NCBI GenBank assembly: GCA_042408195.1
Contig: JBHOQL010000040.1
Location: forward strand, 7,041 to 71,040
Length of the DNA stretch: 64,000 bases
Origin: Anaerolineae bacterium
GTDB lineage: Bacteria; Chloroflexota; Anaerolineae; SpSt-600
Direction of reading: 5' to 3'
Positions 47,283 through 58,800 of this stretch are shown piece after piece. A model generated the notes under the pieces. The model was not told the origin of the DNA. It did not search any database and saw nothing but the letters and a program-made list of their open reading frames with translations. Within the stretch, counting starts at the first letter, position 1; every line of letters starts with the position of its first letter. A program made the translations under genes and the position numbers.

Positions 47283-48626
47283 ATGCAGCCCTTCGAGGAA
47301 CTTCTAAGCGAGATAGAGAACCTGCAGCGTGAAATCCGCGAACTGCAGAAAAGGCTGATCAAACCGGGCGAGCTCAATCTACCAGAACTTAGGAAAAGCT
47401 TGGCCAGTTTCTCAGAAATGGCCTGGAAACTCAAGATACTGGAAGGCTCATCGGAACGTCTACTGGTTTTAGCCAGGGAACTGCAAGCTTCTTTCAGTGA
47501 CTATGTCCTTAGCGCTTCCCTTTTTTCCCACCTCCATACCCTCACTCGAAGCCTTTTTTCATCGCTTGAAGTTCCCATCGCGGACGTAACGGCCGAAACT
47601 CTGCAGAAAGCCCTGAATGCCAGGGCGATATGTGCCCTTTTTCCGGTCTCTGGGCCAAAGAAATTCAAGCAAGAGCAATGGCTCGGAGATGTTTCCCTTG
47701 AAGAGAATAACCAGGAGTTCAGAGAAGCCCTAAGAGGCTCCAAGACAATTCCGGCTGCGAAAGGCTTTATAACCCCCCTTAAGGGGTTGAAAGGTCCAAA
47801 AGGGTTACTTTACATAGAAACTGAAAGCCGTGGGCCTCAGGAATTGGCTTTCGCTGAAACCGTAGCTTCTTTAGTTGGGCTCTTCTTGGAGATAAAGGAA
47901 CTGGCTGGAGAACTGGAAAGGACTCTCTATGACCTGGCCAAGCTTCAAGCCATAAAGGAGCAAGAAGAGTTGGAGAAGGATTACATAAGGGCCCTGTTCA
48001 GCCGTTTCGTTTCCCCCCAAGTGGTGGAAAAACTGGCCTCTGATCCTTCCATCCTCCGGCTGGGGGGAGTGAGGCAGGAGATAACTATCCTCTTCGCCGA
48101 CATCCGAGGGTTCACAGCTCTCAGCGAGAAACTTCCTCCCGAAGACCTGGTAAAAACACTGAATCAGTATCTATCCATCGCAGCCAATGCCATCCTGGAA
48201 GAAGAAGGAACCCTGGACAAATTCCTGGGGGACGCCGTTATGGCTTTCTTCAATGCGCCGTTTCCCCAAGAACAGCACGTATTAAAGGGTGCTAGGGCTG
48301 CCTTGAGGATAAAGAAGAGATTGGAAGAACTCCATGCCCGAAATGAACTCCCTCTCAAACTCTACTTCGGCATAGGGTTGAACGTTGGCGAGGCGGTTAT
48401 CGGTAATATAGGAACATCTATGCAGATGAACTATACAGCGATCGGGGATTGTGTGAACGTTGCCAAGAGGTTGCAGGAAATGGCCAGGCCTGGTCAGATA
48501 CTCATAAGCGCTGCCGTCTACGAACGGATAAAAGATAAAGCCCTCGTCCGTACCCTCCCGCCTACTTCAATCCCGGGGAAATCCTACCGCGAACACATTT
48601 ACGAACTCTTGGACCTTATGGAATGA
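47283..48626 (+). CDS. Class III adenylate/guanylate cyclase with N-terminal coiled-coil and sensor-like domain
   Basis: The CYC domain includes ITILFADIRGFTALSEKL...KFLGDAVMAFFNAP...GIGLNVGEAVIGNIG. GAAGGAGG precedes the ATG. Confidence 0.8.
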   Translation: MQPFEELLSEIENLQREIRELQKRLIKPGELNLPELRKSLASFSEMAWKLKILEGSSERLLVLARELQASFSDYVLSASLFSHLHTLTRSLFSSLEVPIADVTAETLQKALNARAICALFPVSGPKKFKQEQWLGDVSLEENNQEFREALRGSKTIPAAKGFITPLKGLKGPKGLLYIETESRGPQELAFAETVASLVGLFLEIKELAGELERTLYDLAKLQAIKEQEELEKDYIRALFSRFVSPQVVEKLASDPSILRLGGVRQEITILFADIRGFTALSEKLPPEDLVKTLNQYLSIAANAILEEEGTLDKFLGDAVMAFFNAPFPQEQHVLKGARAALRIKKRLEELHARNELPLKLYFGIGLNVGEAVIGNIGTSMQMNYTAIGDCVNVAKRLQEMARPGQILISAAVYERIKDKALVRTLPPTSIPGKSYREHIYELLDLME

Positions 48627-49813
48627 GGATGATTTTCAAAACTCGCCCCGAAGATTTTATAGTAAAAGAAAACCTTCGCATTAAACCTCAGCCTTCAGGT
48701 CCATATGCCCTCTACCAGGTGACCAAAAGAGGGATTTCCACCCTTCAGGTTCACGTTCGCCTAGCTTCGGCTTTGGGAGTAAAGCCTTCGGCAATTGTTT
48801 TCCCTGGGTTGAAAGACCGAAAGGCTATAGCGAGCCAGTTTTTCTCTCTGAAGGGAAAGGGACCGGATGAACTAAAGGGGCCGGGTTTTTCGGCTAAGCT
48901 GGTTGGTTTTTTCCACCGCCATCTGAGCCCAGAAGACATTCAGTCCAACGAATTCACCCTCACCCTCAGGCTAATACCGCCCGATACAGAGCTCGCCCTT
49001 GAAAAAGCTGTGGCCGAAATACAGAAGGATGGTCTTCCCAATTACTTTGACCGCCAGCGCTTCGCCTCCATAAGCCCCGATGGAGAATTTCCGGGAAAGA
49101 AAATCTTGCAGCGGGATCCTGAAGGTGCCCTTAGGCTTTACTTGACGGCTCCTTCCCCTCTGGATCCGCCCTCCTACCGGGCTTTCAAGGATAAAGCCCG
49201 GGAACTCTGGGGTCAGTGGGATGCCCTTTTGAATGAAGCTCCATCTCCTTCAAACCTCCGGAGCGTCCTGACCTTCCTGAAGGACCATCCCACAGATTTC
49301 CGAAAAGCTCTCAACCTCGTAACTCCGAGGATTTTGACCCTCTTCTTATCTTCTTACCAGAGCTGGCTCTGGAACAAGTTGGCCGGAAGGTTCATACGGG
49401 AAAAACTTGAAGAGAATGAAGTTCCCTTTTCGGAGCTGGAGATAGTGGGAGAAAGCCTCCCCTTTTACACGTATCTGCCAGAGAGGCTGAAGGAAGAACT
49501 TGCGGGAATTATACTGCCCTTTTTCCACCACAGAGCGAGCTTTGAAAATCCGGCGATTTCCCGCATAGCTCGGGAAATCCTGGAGGAGGAAGGACTTGGG
49601 CTAAGGGATTTCAAGGCGCGCATCCTTGATAAAGCTTACCTGAGCCGGGGCGGAAGGAGCCTATTGCTCTTTCCCCAGATTTTGAGCTACAAAATCGACA
49701 AAGATGAACTTAATCCAGGGGCCATTAAAATGGACCTGAAGATGCTCCTTCCGCCCGGCACCTATGCTACTTTAGTGGTAAAAGCGTTGGCTCTGAGGTT
49801 TATGGGTCAGTAA
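48623..49813 (+). CDS. truD: TruD/Pus7-family pseudouridine synthase
   Basis: PEDFIVKE, GLKDRKAIASQFF (the catalytic Asp motif), NEFTLTLR and NYFDRQRFAS match TruD motifs. The start overlaps the cyclase stop as ATGA. Confidence 0.7.
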   Translation: MRMIFKTRPEDFIVKENLRIKPQPSGPYALYQVTKRGISTLQVHVRLASALGVKPSAIVFPGLKDRKAIASQFFSLKGKGPDELKGPGFSAKLVGFFHRHLSPEDIQSNEFTLTLRLIPPDTELALEKAVAEIQKDGLPNYFDRQRFASISPDGEFPGKKILQRDPEGALRLYLTAPSPLDPPSYRAFKDKARELWGQWDALLNEAPSPSNLRSVLTFLKDHPTDFRKALNLVTPRILTLFLSSYQSWLWNKLAGRFIREKLEENEVPFSELEIVGESLPFYTYLPERLKEELAGIILPFFHHRASFENPAISRIAREILEEEGLGLRDFKARILDKAYLSRGGRSLLLFPQILSYKIDKDELNPGAIKMDLKMLLPPGTYATLVVKALALRFMGQ

Positions 49814-50319
49814 TAAATCAAAGCATGGATTGGGTACTTGGAGATCTTATCCCTACCCTTGAGATAGGTCAGGTCAATGAGGAGGGCTATGCCAACGACT
49901 TCGCCACCGAGCTTCTCCACAAGTTTGGCTGTAGCTTCCAGAGTTCCCCCTGTGGCCAGGACATCGTCAAAGAGAAGGACCTTTTGCCCAGGCTTTATTG
50001 CATCTTTGTGGATTTCAATCGCGTCGGTCCCGTATTCCAAAGCGTATTCCTGCCGGATCGTTTCGGCAGGGAGCTTACCGGGCTTCCTGGCAGGGACAAA
50101 ACCTGCCCCGAGCTTATAAGCCAAGGCCCCTCCAAAGATGAAACCGCGGGCTTCAACACTCACTACGAGGTCTATCCCCTTACCAATGAAGGGTTCAGCC
50201 AGGCGGTCAACTGCCTCCCGGAAAGCTTCAGGAACCTTGAGGAGCGTCGTTATATCCCTGAAAATAATGCCAGGCTTGGGCCAATCCGGAATATTACGGA
50301 TATACTGGGCAAGGTCCAT
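49807..50319 (-). CDS. apt: Adenine phosphoribosyltransferase
   Basis: MDLAQYIRNIPDWPKPGIIFRDITTLL plus the PRPP-binding motif VLLFDDVLATGGT. Confidence 0.85.
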   Translation of the reverse strand: MDLAQYIRNIPDWPKPGIIFRDITTLLKVPEAFREAVDRLAEPFIGKGIDLVVSVEARGFIFGGALAYKLGAGFVPARKPGKLPAETIRQEYALEYGTDAIEIHKDAIKPGQKVLLFDDVLATGGTLEATAKLVEKLGGEVVGIALLIDLTYLKGRDKISKYPIHALIYY

Positions 50320-50375
50320 CTTCCCCCTCCTAGGTGGATTCTAATCGATTCACATTTTAACAGAGGAAAGGGAAA

Positions 50376-51569
50376 ATGGCAACCAAGTTACTGCCCCAAA
50401 TCCTAATCATTGTTCTATTGCTCATTTCAGGATGTGCAACTCAATCCCCCCCTACCCCCACACCTACGGCAACACCCTCTCCCACCCTCCTTCCGACACT
50501 CACACCCCAGGTTATTTCCTCAAAGCAGATAAGCCTCATCCTCTGGTTGCCTGATGAGCTTTTCCTTGAAGATAAACCTGGAAGAAAAGCCCTGGAAAGG
50601 GAAATCCAATCTTTCGAGCAAGCTCACGCTGGAGTTAAGGTCAAGGTTTACGTTAAAAAGGCACGGGGGAAAGGGGGTATTGCTGACCTTCTCTTTAACG
50701 CTCACAAAGTAGCTCCTTTGGTCCTGCCTGACCTGGTAGTGTTGGACGCAGCGGAAGCGGCATGGCTCGGGGAGGAGTTGTTTCAACCCCTCGAAGAAGT
50801 TCCCGAAGGCCTCTTTCCCTTTTCCGTAAGCTCAAATTTCGTCTACCTTGCGGTGGATGTGGACCATCTTGCTTACAATACTGGAATCGTGACCTCACCT
50901 CTTTCCACCTGGTGGGACGTTACGGAAAACCTTGGAGGTTTGTTGATTTTCCCTTCTGGAGAAGCGTTGGCAGCTCAGTATCTTGCCCTGGGAGGTCGCT
51001 TTCGTGATGAAGGAGGGAGGCTGATCCTCCAAAAAGAAATTTTGGCTGAAGCATTGAGGCTCTGGGAGAAGGGGCTGGAAAACGGAGCAATTTCACCCCT
51101 TTCCCGCCAGCTCAAAGATGCCGAGGAAGGTTGGAGGTTATACCTTACGGGTAAGGTGGCTATGGTCAAGGTGAGGGCTTCTCTATTCGCAGCAGCGAAA
51201 GGGAAGCTTCGCCAGACAGCTTTCGCCCCTTTACCCTCTATGACCCCTATAGCATGGGGCTGGGTAGCAGGTATTGTAACACAGGACCCGCGTAGGAAAG
51301 AAGCGGCTGAAGGATTAGTAAAATGGTTGCTGCAGCCCGAACGGAACAGGCAGTGGACTTTGGAAGCGAACCTATTGCCCGTACACCGGGAAACTTGCGC
51401 ACAGGCGGAAGAACATTATTTGCTCTTCCTCTGCAGACTGCTGGAATCGGCTCACCCTTCCCCTCCATCTACATTGCTGGAACCGCTGAGGGAAGCCCTC
51501 TGGAGCGTGTTATCAGGGAAAACCACCCCCGATGAAGCAGCCCGCAGAGCCACAAACATAATTCCTTGA
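50376..51569 (+). CDS. ABC transporter extracellular solute-binding lipoprotein (family 1-like) with a PT linker
   Basis: It has a lipoprotein signal peptide (LLISGCA), a PTPTPTATPSPT linker and an SBP_bac_1-like body. Confidence 0.65.
   Translation: MATKLLPQILIIVLLLISGCATQSPPTPTPTATPSPTLLPTLTPQVISSKQISLILWLPDELFLEDKPGRKALEREIQSFEQAHAGVKVKVYVKKARGKGGIADLLFNAHKVAPLVLPDLVVLDAAEAAWLGEELFQPLEEVPEGLFPFSVSSNFVYLAVDVDHLAYNTGIVTSPLSTWWDVTENLGGLLIFPSGEALAAQYLALGGRFRDEGGRLILQKEILAEALRLWEKGLENGAISPLSRQLKDAEEGWRLYLTGKVAMVKVRASLFAAAKGKLRQTAFAPLPSMTPIAWGWVAGIVTQDPRRKEAAEGLVKWLLQPERNRQWTLEANLLPVHRETCAQAEEHYLLFLCRLLESAHPSPPSTLLEPLREALWSVLSGKTTPDEAARRATNIIP
50433..50516 (+). repeat. Coding Pro-Thr linker in solute-binding lipoprotein
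   Basis: QSPPTPTPTATPSPTLLPTLTPQV. Confidence 0.7.
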
Positions 51570-51669
51570 GTTTTACTTACTGATTTTCCGAGCAAAAGAG
51601 AATCGCCTGATTTTACTTCCCCTTTGCATTCACATTTGAGCTGCTTAGTTCGAACGGCCTTTTACAATT

Positions 51670-52521
51670 TCAACCGCAATGTGGTACAAAGGCTTCCCGA
51701 TTTCTTGCAAAGAGGACGAAGCGGTGGTGAGCCCAGATGGATTTCAGAAAGCGAGGTAAGGAGTTTTCTAAGAAGGCGTAGCGCATAACTCTGGCCTTTA
51801 GGGTAGGGTCCTTTCCGGAATAATAATCAATTATGTTCCAATTCCATGAGGAACCAGAAAACCGGGCCAGCAAACGCTGGGATTTTATCCCCAGCCTTTC
51901 CAAGAGCTTTGCTGCCGGCATTACGGTGTCAGGCCAGGGAGGGGTATCCATAAAGCCTTCTTCCACAGGTCTGAAACCTTCCCTTGTCACTACCTCCTTT
52001 ACCCTTTCCATGTCAACCCATCTCTCGTCAACCCGCTTGAAGAATTCGGGCTCAAGGAAATATTTCCTCATAATGTAGCCAGGCTGACGGGGATTAGGCA
52101 TAGCTACGAAGAGGAGCTTTCCCGACACTCTTGCAAGTTCGCGCAGGAGGCTCTCAGCGTCCGCCAAGTACAACAGGCCAGCCCACTCCCAAGCTAGGTC
52201 AAAAGCTCTATCGGGGAAGGGCAGCGATTTCATACCGGGGCAACAGACCCACTGCGCTGCAAAGCCAAGCTCCTCCCATATCTTCATAGCTTCACGGATG
52301 CGCCCTTCATCTTCATCCACAACTGTTACGGAGCAACCAGCCCGGGCCAGTTCTATGCTGTTTATGCCCGTTATGCCCGCCATACCATATGCTGGGGCCT
52401 CCAGAACTCGACGGATAGGATAACGCTTCGTAAGGGAAAGGAGGTAATCGTTGAGGACGAAGCGTTCGTATACCAGCCCAAGGCCTTCGTTCATGGTTGT
52501 TCCCTTTCCCTGCGAGCCCAA
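51670..52521 (-). CDS. Class I SAM-dependent methyltransferase-like protein
   Basis: It has a Rossmann-like glycine-rich motif (EAPAYGMAGITG, a GxGxG-like motif). It is translationally coupled to phoU. Confidence 0.5.
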   Translation of the reverse strand: MGSQGKGTTMNEGLGLVYERFVLNDYLLSLTKRYPIRRVLEAPAYGMAGITGINSIELARAGCSVTVVDEDEGRIREAMKIWEELGFAAQWVCCPGMKSLPFPDRAFDLAWEWAGLLYLADAESLLRELARVSGKLLFVAMPNPRQPGYIMRKYFLEPEFFKRVDERWVDMERVKEVVTREGFRPVEEGFMDTPPWPDTVMPAAKLLERLGIKSQRLLARFSGSSWNWNIIDYYSGKDPTLKARVMRYAFLENSLPRFLKSIWAHHRFVLFARNREAFVPHCG

Positions 52522-53195
52522 CGGGTGCCTATATCTTCATCTATATCCAGCTCCTTCATCTCTCCGGTAGTGGTAAAGAGTACCCTCTCGCAGATGTTGG
52601 TAACCCTGTCAGCGGCTCTTTCCAGGTTGTGGGCAACCCAGAGGAGGTAGTTGGCTTGCTCAATGTTGGCTGGGTTAGATATCACGTAGGTCATGAGCTC
52701 ACGGTAGACTTGATCGTAGAGTGCGTCCATTTCATCATCTTCTTTCGGGATAGCCCTAGCCTTTTCCACATCTTTCTGAACAAAGGCTTCAAGGGCCTGG
52801 TGAAGCATATCTGCAGCCTTTTGAGCCATTCGGGGGATATCGATTAAGGGTTTAATAAGGGGCCTTTCGCCTATAAGCAAGTTGATTTTGGCAATGCCTT
52901 TAGCGTAATCAGCTATGCGCTCCAACTCCGTGACTACTTCAAGGATAGCTGCCAGAAAGCGCAGGTCACTGGCCATTGGCTGCTGGGTGGCAATAACCAC
53001 TAGAGTATCGGCCTCTATGGCAAAGCGCTTTTCGTTTATAGCCTGGTCGTCAGCTATAATCCTGCGAGATGCCTCAAAGTCCCGCCTCTTCAAACTGTCC
53101 ACTGCCTCAAGGATGCTCCTTTCCACCATTTCCCCGAGCTTAAGGACCTCCCCTTGAAGGCGCTTTATCTCGCTATCCAACATTTCCCTCGGCAT
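52491..53195 (-). CDS. phoU: Phosphate signalling complex protein PhoU
   Basis: Two PhoU repeats (E..D..VD..y motifs). It lies downstream of pstB. Confidence 0.85.
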   Translation of the reverse strand: MPREMLDSEIKRLQGEVLKLGEMVERSILEAVDSLKRRDFEASRRIIADDQAINEKRFAIEADTLVVIATQQPMASDLRFLAAILEVVTELERIADYAKGIAKINLLIGERPLIKPLIDIPRMAQKAADMLHQALEAFVQKDVEKARAIPKEDDEMDALYDQVYRELMTYVISNPANIEQANYLLWVAHNLERAADRVTNICERVLFTTTGEMKELDIDEDIGTRWARREREQP

Positions 53196-53213
53196 GTTCG
53201 TCCTCCTCAGGTT

Positions 53214-54026
53214 TTATCCAAACCGGCCAGTTATGTAATCTTCGGTCCGCTTATCTCTCGGGTTCGTAAATATATCACGAGCCAGGCCATATTCTATTAA
53301 GCGGCCAACTTGATGGTCGTCCCACATTATGAAAGCGGTATAGTGGGATATCCTTGCTGCCTGTTGCATGTTGTGCGTTACTATTACAATGGTGTAATTT
53401 TCGGAAAGGTCTCGCAGAAGTTCTTCTATTTTCAGAGTCGCGATAGGGTCAAGGGCTGAAGCTGGCTCATCCAGAAGGAGAACCTCAGACCCCACTGCCA
53501 GAGCCCTGGCGATGCAGAGCCTCTGCTGCTGCCCTCCTGATAGAGTAAGGGCGTTAGCATGGAGTTTGTCCTTTACCTCGTCCCAAAGGGCGGCCTGCCT
53601 GAGAGCTCTTTCTACAACTTCATCCAGGTTCCCTTTGAACCCTCTTATCCTGAGCCCCCAGGCTACGTTTTCATAAATGCTTTTCGGGAAGGGGTTGGGT
53701 TTCTGGAAGACCATACCTATGCGCCGGCGGAGTTCGGTCACATCGACGTGGGGGGCATAGATGTCTTGGCCGTTGAAGAGGACCTGACCCTCGACCCTTG
53801 CTCCAGGGATGAGATCGTTCATGCGGTTGAGGCAGCGTATAAGGGTACTTTTGCCGCATCCTGATGGCCCGATTATAGCTGTGATACGGTTCCGGTAGAT
53901 GTCAAGGTTTATATCCCCCAGGACGAGCTTCTCACCATACCATACGTTCAAATTTCGGATTTTGATTATAGGGTCTGCATGGTCGGAGGTCAAGTCTGAA
54001 AAAGGCATAGCTCCTGACCTGAACAT
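53214..54026 (-). CDS. pstB: Phosphate ABC transporter ATP-binding protein PstB
   Basis: [23 protein letters not shown] and [12 protein letters not shown]. Confidence 0.9.
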   Translation of the reverse strand: MFRSGAMPFSDLTSDHADPIIKIRNLNVWYGEKLVLGDINLDIYRNRITAIIGPSGCGKSTLIRCLNRMNDLIPGARVEGQVLFNGQDIYAPHVDVTELRRRIGMVFQKPNPFPKSIYENVAWGLRIRGFKGNLDEVVERALRQAALWDEVKDKLHANALTLSGGQQQRLCIARALAVGSEVLLLDEPASALDPIATLKIEELLRDLSENYTIVIVTHNMQQAARISHYTAFIMWDDHQVGRLIEYGLARDIFTNPRDKRTEDYITGRFG

Positions 54027-54035
54027 TTCAACCTC

Positions 54036-54932
54036 CTATTCAAATCTTACTTGGAAGCGGTTGCGCAGGTAAATAGCCGTGGCGTTCATAGAAAGGAGTA
54101 AAGCCAGAAGGACAATAATGGCCGCAGCAGCGTTGAGGTGAAAGGCTTCTTGGGGCCTGGAAACCCAGTTGAAGATCTGAATAGGAAGTACGGTGAAAGG
54201 GCTCTGGAGAGCTCTCAGGGAAAGAGGAGGGAGGAATGCGATATAAGTCAAAGCTCCAATGGTTATGAGGGGAGCAGTCTCCCCGATTGCTCTGGAAAGG
54301 GCTAGGATGGTTCCGGTGAGGATTCCTGGCATTGCCACCGGCAGGACCTGATCCCTTACCACCTGCCATTTAGTAGCTCCCAGGGCGTAGCCAGCTTCCC
54401 TCAAGCTTCGAGGGACAGAGCGCAGGGCTTCGCGAGAAGAAACAATTATGACGGGTAGAATCAATAGTGCCATAGTTAAAGCACCCGATAGAATGCTCCT
54501 TCCTCCCGTTATGCCCCGCAGTGTCCTTACAAAGACCTCAAGGCCAAGGAGCCCGTAGATTATTGACGGAACAGCGGCCAGATTGGCTATATTAACTTCA
54601 ATGAAACGGGTAAAGGCATTGTCGGCGGCGTACTCTTCCAGGTATATACCTGCTGCAACACCCACGGGGAAAGCGAAAAGGGCTGTAAGGATCAAGAGCA
54701 TCATTGAGCCTACGAGGGCCGGTAATATACCTGCTTCCTCTGCTTTACGGGATGGGAAACTAGTCAAGAATTTCCAGTTCAGGCGCGGTAAACCATCCAC
54801 AAAGACATCGGTCAGGAGCACGATGAGCACAACTAAGCCCACCACTGTGGAAAAGAAGGCAACCATCCTGAAGATCCGCTCAAGACATCTTTCTTTCATA
54901 GCTTGAACCTCCTCTGGCGAGCAGAAAACCAA
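54036..54932 (-). CDS. pstA: Phosphate ABC transporter permease PstA
   Basis: PstA-like permease with the EAA loop. Confidence 0.85.
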   Translation of the reverse strand: MVFCSPEEVQAMKERCLERIFRMVAFFSTVVGLVVLIVLLTDVFVDGLPRLNWKFLTSFPSRKAEEAGILPALVGSMMLLILTALFAFPVGVAAGIYLEEYAADNAFTRFIEVNIANLAAVPSIIYGLLGLEVFVRTLRGITGGRSILSGALTMALLILPVIIVSSREALRSVPRSLREAGYALGATKWQVVRDQVLPVAMPGILTGTILALSRAIGETAPLITIGALTYIAFLPPLSLRALQSPFTVLPIQIFNWVSRPQEAFHLNAAAAIIVLLALLLSMNATAIYLRNRFQVRFE

Positions 54933-55819
54933 TAGCTCAGCAGATTGAAAACAAGGCTCATCAAGAACAAAGTCAAACCAACGGCGAAAATGGTCCGGAA
55001 CTCCAGAGAGCCGGATGGGACATCTCCCATGCTGACCTGGACTATGTATGCGGTCATGGTCTCGATTGGGACCAAGGGATTAAGGGTGAGCCTGGGAGTC
55101 TGGCCCGCCGCTATGGTCACTATCATGGTTTCTCCCAAAGCTCTGGAAATCCCGAGGATAAAGGAGGCAATTATCCCCGACGAAGCCGCTGGAATAACCA
55201 CTCCGGTGACTACCTGGCGGGTTGTAGCTCCGAGAGCATAGGCCCCCTCTCTTAGGGAGCGAGGGACTGCGTACATAGCATCCTCGCTGAGGGAAGCGAC
55301 TGTAGGAATTATCATTATGCCCATCACTAAACCAGCGCTCAAGGCATTGAATCCGGCAAGGGAGGGAATCACTTTCCTGAGGAGTGGGGTTACGAAGAGT
55401 AAGGCAAAGTATCCGTAAACTACAGTGGGGATTCCCGCCAGGATCTCAAGGGAGGGTTTGAGGATGCGGCGGACTCTCTCGGAAGCGTATTCGCTCATGT
55501 ATACAGCGGCCATCAGGCCCAAAGGAAGCGCTACCATCATGGCTATCGCCGTGGTGAGGAAGGTTCCACTGACCAGCACTATTATACCGAAGTGCTTTTT
55601 GGCGAAAAGCGGGGTCCACTGGGTCTCGGTCAGGAAGCGGGTTATGGGGATTTCCCGGAAAAAGGCTACGCTTTCAAAGATCAGGACAGCGATTACGCCA
55701 AAGGTGGTGAAAATGGAAAGGGAAGCGCACAGGGCAAATATTCCTTCCAGGGCTCTTTCCCTCCACCTCAAGGTTACCTCCCAAGCCTTTCCAAGGTTTT
55801 TTCCAGAAGTTTCTGCCAT
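54896..55819 (-). CDS. pstC: Phosphate ABC transporter permease PstC
   Basis: PstC-like permease. The annotated start overlaps the 3' end of mfd by about 46 nt. Confidence 0.8.
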   Translation of the reverse strand: MAETSGKNLGKAWEVTLRWRERALEGIFALCASLSIFTTFGVIAVLIFESVAFFREIPITRFLTETQWTPLFAKKHFGIIVLVSGTFLTTAIAMMVALPLGLMAAVYMSEYASERVRRILKPSLEILAGIPTVVYGYFALLFVTPLLRKVIPSLAGFNALSAGLVMGIMIIPTVASLSEDAMYAVPRSLREGAYALGATTRQVVTGVVIPAASSGIIASFILGISRALGETMIVTIAAGQTPRLTLNPLVPIETMTAYIVQVSMGDVPSGSLEFRTIFAVGLTLFLMSLVFNLLSYWFSARQRRFKL

Positions 55820-58800
55820 TCATCCCGTTTACCCATGGGCAACCAAATAGCTCTGCGGCCAATTCTAACTGACGGGAAGAAGTGGCCAGGCCCTCGGGAA
55901 ACCAGATCGCCAAGGCGTTTTCGCAATTCGGCCTCGTTGATGGCTCCATCAAGCCTTATAGCGATTTGACCTTCTTCCACTCCAATGGATTTAACGCCGG
56001 CTCTGAGGGCAAGCACTTTCACCCTCAGCTGGTAAAGGAGGTAGCGCACAGCTACCGGCAGCGGACCGAAGCGGTCTTCAAGTTCAGCCCTTATTTCTTC
56101 AATCTGCTCCAGAGTCTGGAGCTGGGCCATCCTCCTGTAGAGCTGAAGCCTGAGGAAGGGATCGGAGATATAATCGTCGGGAATATAGGAGGGAAGGGGG
56201 AGGTCGATGTTGACATCGGGGAGAGCCAGGAGGGAAGATTTGGCTGCTTCCTCTCCCTCCCTCAATTCTTGAACAGCTCTAGCCAGAAGACGGCAATAGA
56301 GGTCAAAGCCTATGGCGGCAATGTGGCCGTGCTGCTTGGGCCCCAGAATCTCTCCCGCCCCTCGTATTTCCAAGTCCTTTAGGGCAATGCGGAGTCCGGC
56401 TCCCAGCTCTCCTGCTTCCATTATGGCCTCCAGGCGGCGCCTAGCGCTTTCTGAGAGGGGGGAGTCAGGGTCATAGAGGAAGTAAGCGTAAGCTCTAACC
56501 GATCCTCTGCCCACTCTGCCCCGGAGCTGGTAAAGCTGCGCCAAGCCAAAAGTATCAGCTTTGTTCACAATTATGGTGTTAGCGTTGGGGATATCCAGAC
56601 CGCTTTCTATGATGGAGGTGCAGACCAAAATGTCAATCTTACCGGAGGCGAAATCCAGCATAACCCTGGCCAGCTTTTCCTCAGGGAGCTGTCCATGGGC
56701 TATCTCTACCCGGGCTTCGGGCACCAGCTTTTTCACCTTTGCCGCAACCTCTTTTATGTCCTGAACCCGATTGTGGACAAAGAAAACCTGCCCCCCACGG
56801 TTCAGCTCCCTCAATATAGCCTGACGGACCACGGTTTCATCGTAGGGACCTACGTAAACCTTTACCGGGAGCCTTTCCTCAGGGGGAGTTTCTATGGTGC
56901 TCAAGTCCCTTATTCCAGCCAAGGACATGTAGAGGGTTCGAGGGATGGGGGTCGCTGTAAGGGTAAGGACATCCACTTGGGTTCGGAGCTTCTTGAAGTG
57001 CTCTTTGTGAAGCACTCCGAAACGCTGCTCTTCGTCTATGATGACCAGGCCCAGGTCTTTGAAAACCACGTCTTTCTGGAGAAGCCTGTGGGTGCCAATG
57101 ATTATGTCAATGGCGCCGTTCTTAAGCTTTTCCAGGATTTCCTTCTGTTCGGAAGGAGAGCGAAACCTGGAGAGCATCTCTACTACTACAGGGAAGGGTT
57201 TGAGGCGCTCTTTAAAGGTCTCATAATGCTGTTGGGCCAGAACGGTGGTGGGGACCAGAACTGCCACCTGTTTTCCATCCATAACGGCTTTGAAGGCCGC
57301 CCTCAGAGCCACTTCAGTCTTCCCATAACCCGCATCGCCGCATATCAGTCTGTCCATGGGGCGGGGCTGTTCCATGTCGCGTTTGACTTCCTCCACAGCC
57401 TTGAGCTGGTCGGGTGTTTCTTCGTAGGGGAAAGAAGCTTCCAGTTCGGTTTGCCAGGGGGTATCGGGGGAAAAAGCGTGGCCCGTGACCACTTCCCTTG
57501 CGGTGTAAAGCTGAAGGAGTTCTTTAGCTATTTCGGTTATGGCCCGTCTGGCCCTTTCTTTAGCATATTCCCAATCGGCAGTGCCGAGGCGGTGGAGGAT
57601 GGGGGGTTCGTCGTTTATGCTCACGTAGCGGCTGAGTCGGTCGGCCTGGTGGACTGGGACGTAGAGTTTATCGCCAGCGGCGTATTCCACTTCCAGGTAT
57701 TCCCGTTCAACTCCGTGGAGGGATAGACGCGTCAGCCCTTTGAAAATCCCTATCCCGTGGTCAATGTGCACCACGTAATCCCCCGGTTTTATGTCCCCGA
57801 AGAATGTTTCGGGAGCGGGACGGTGCGCTTTGATGGGACGCCTTGGAGCCGGCCTCGTCCATCCGAAGATTTCCGCATCAGTTAATAGGACAGTATTAGT
57901 TCCATCGGACTGGAGGATCCAGCCCTCGGAGAGGATTCCCCTGACCAGGGTGAGGCTTGAGGGAGGAGGTGGGTTCTCCACTTTGGCAACCGGTTCAGCG
58001 ATTCTCCCTCTGCTTGCTAAAATTTCTGCCAGACGGTGAGCCTGGCGTGTCACTATCACCACCCGGCTGCCGGTTCTTTCCATGACTGTGCTTTCGTCCA
58101 AGAGCCTTTCCAGTTGTCCGGCGTAAAGAGGGGCGTAGAAAAAGGCTCTACCGAGAGGTGTTTCCTCCACCCCTCGGCTGATCACAAGGTCAGCGCGTCT
58201 TTTTATCCTTTCAACCAGTTTCTCACCAGAGAAGTAAGGAGAGAGCAATCCCTGAGGTATCTCTCCGGCTCTTGTGAGCTCCTTTTCCACTTCACCTGCC
58301 TGGAAGGCAAGGTTCTGGATGGCAGCTTCTAGCTCAAAGAAATCCTCAGTTATGACCAGCGTTTCCTGGGAGAGAAAATCCAGGAAGCAACCGGGGTCAG
58401 AGTAGAGGAATGGGATGTAAAATTCTATACCTCGGAACATCCTCCCTTGCCTGAGGTTTTCCAGGTCTTCCTGAAAGCGGTTCCGGGATAGTGGATGGCA
58501 TGAGGAAAGGTCAAGGGAAGAGAAGCTCTTTGCAGCTTCCAGGCCGAAGCCCGGCAGAGCTTCGGAGGCGGGAGTCAGGACGAAGCCCTCCACCTGGCCT
58601 AAAGAGCGTTGGGTCCCTGGGTCAAAGAAGCGGATCGTCTCAATTTCATCCCCGAAGAATTCCATCCGGAAGGGATAGCGGGATGAGGGTGGATAGAGGT
58701 CAAGGATTCCCCCCCTATGACCAAAGGTACCTGGTTCATCCACCACGGTCTCGTAGCGATAGCCGAGTTCGTAGAGGAGGCGGAGGAACTTCTGAAGAGG

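Noticed and set aside
51640-51665. GTTCGAAC-containing segment in the SBP/methyltransferase intergenic region that looks superficially like a tRNA T-loop
   Set aside because: Neither strand can form a complementary T-stem, acceptor stem or anticodon arm around it, so it is not a tRNA.
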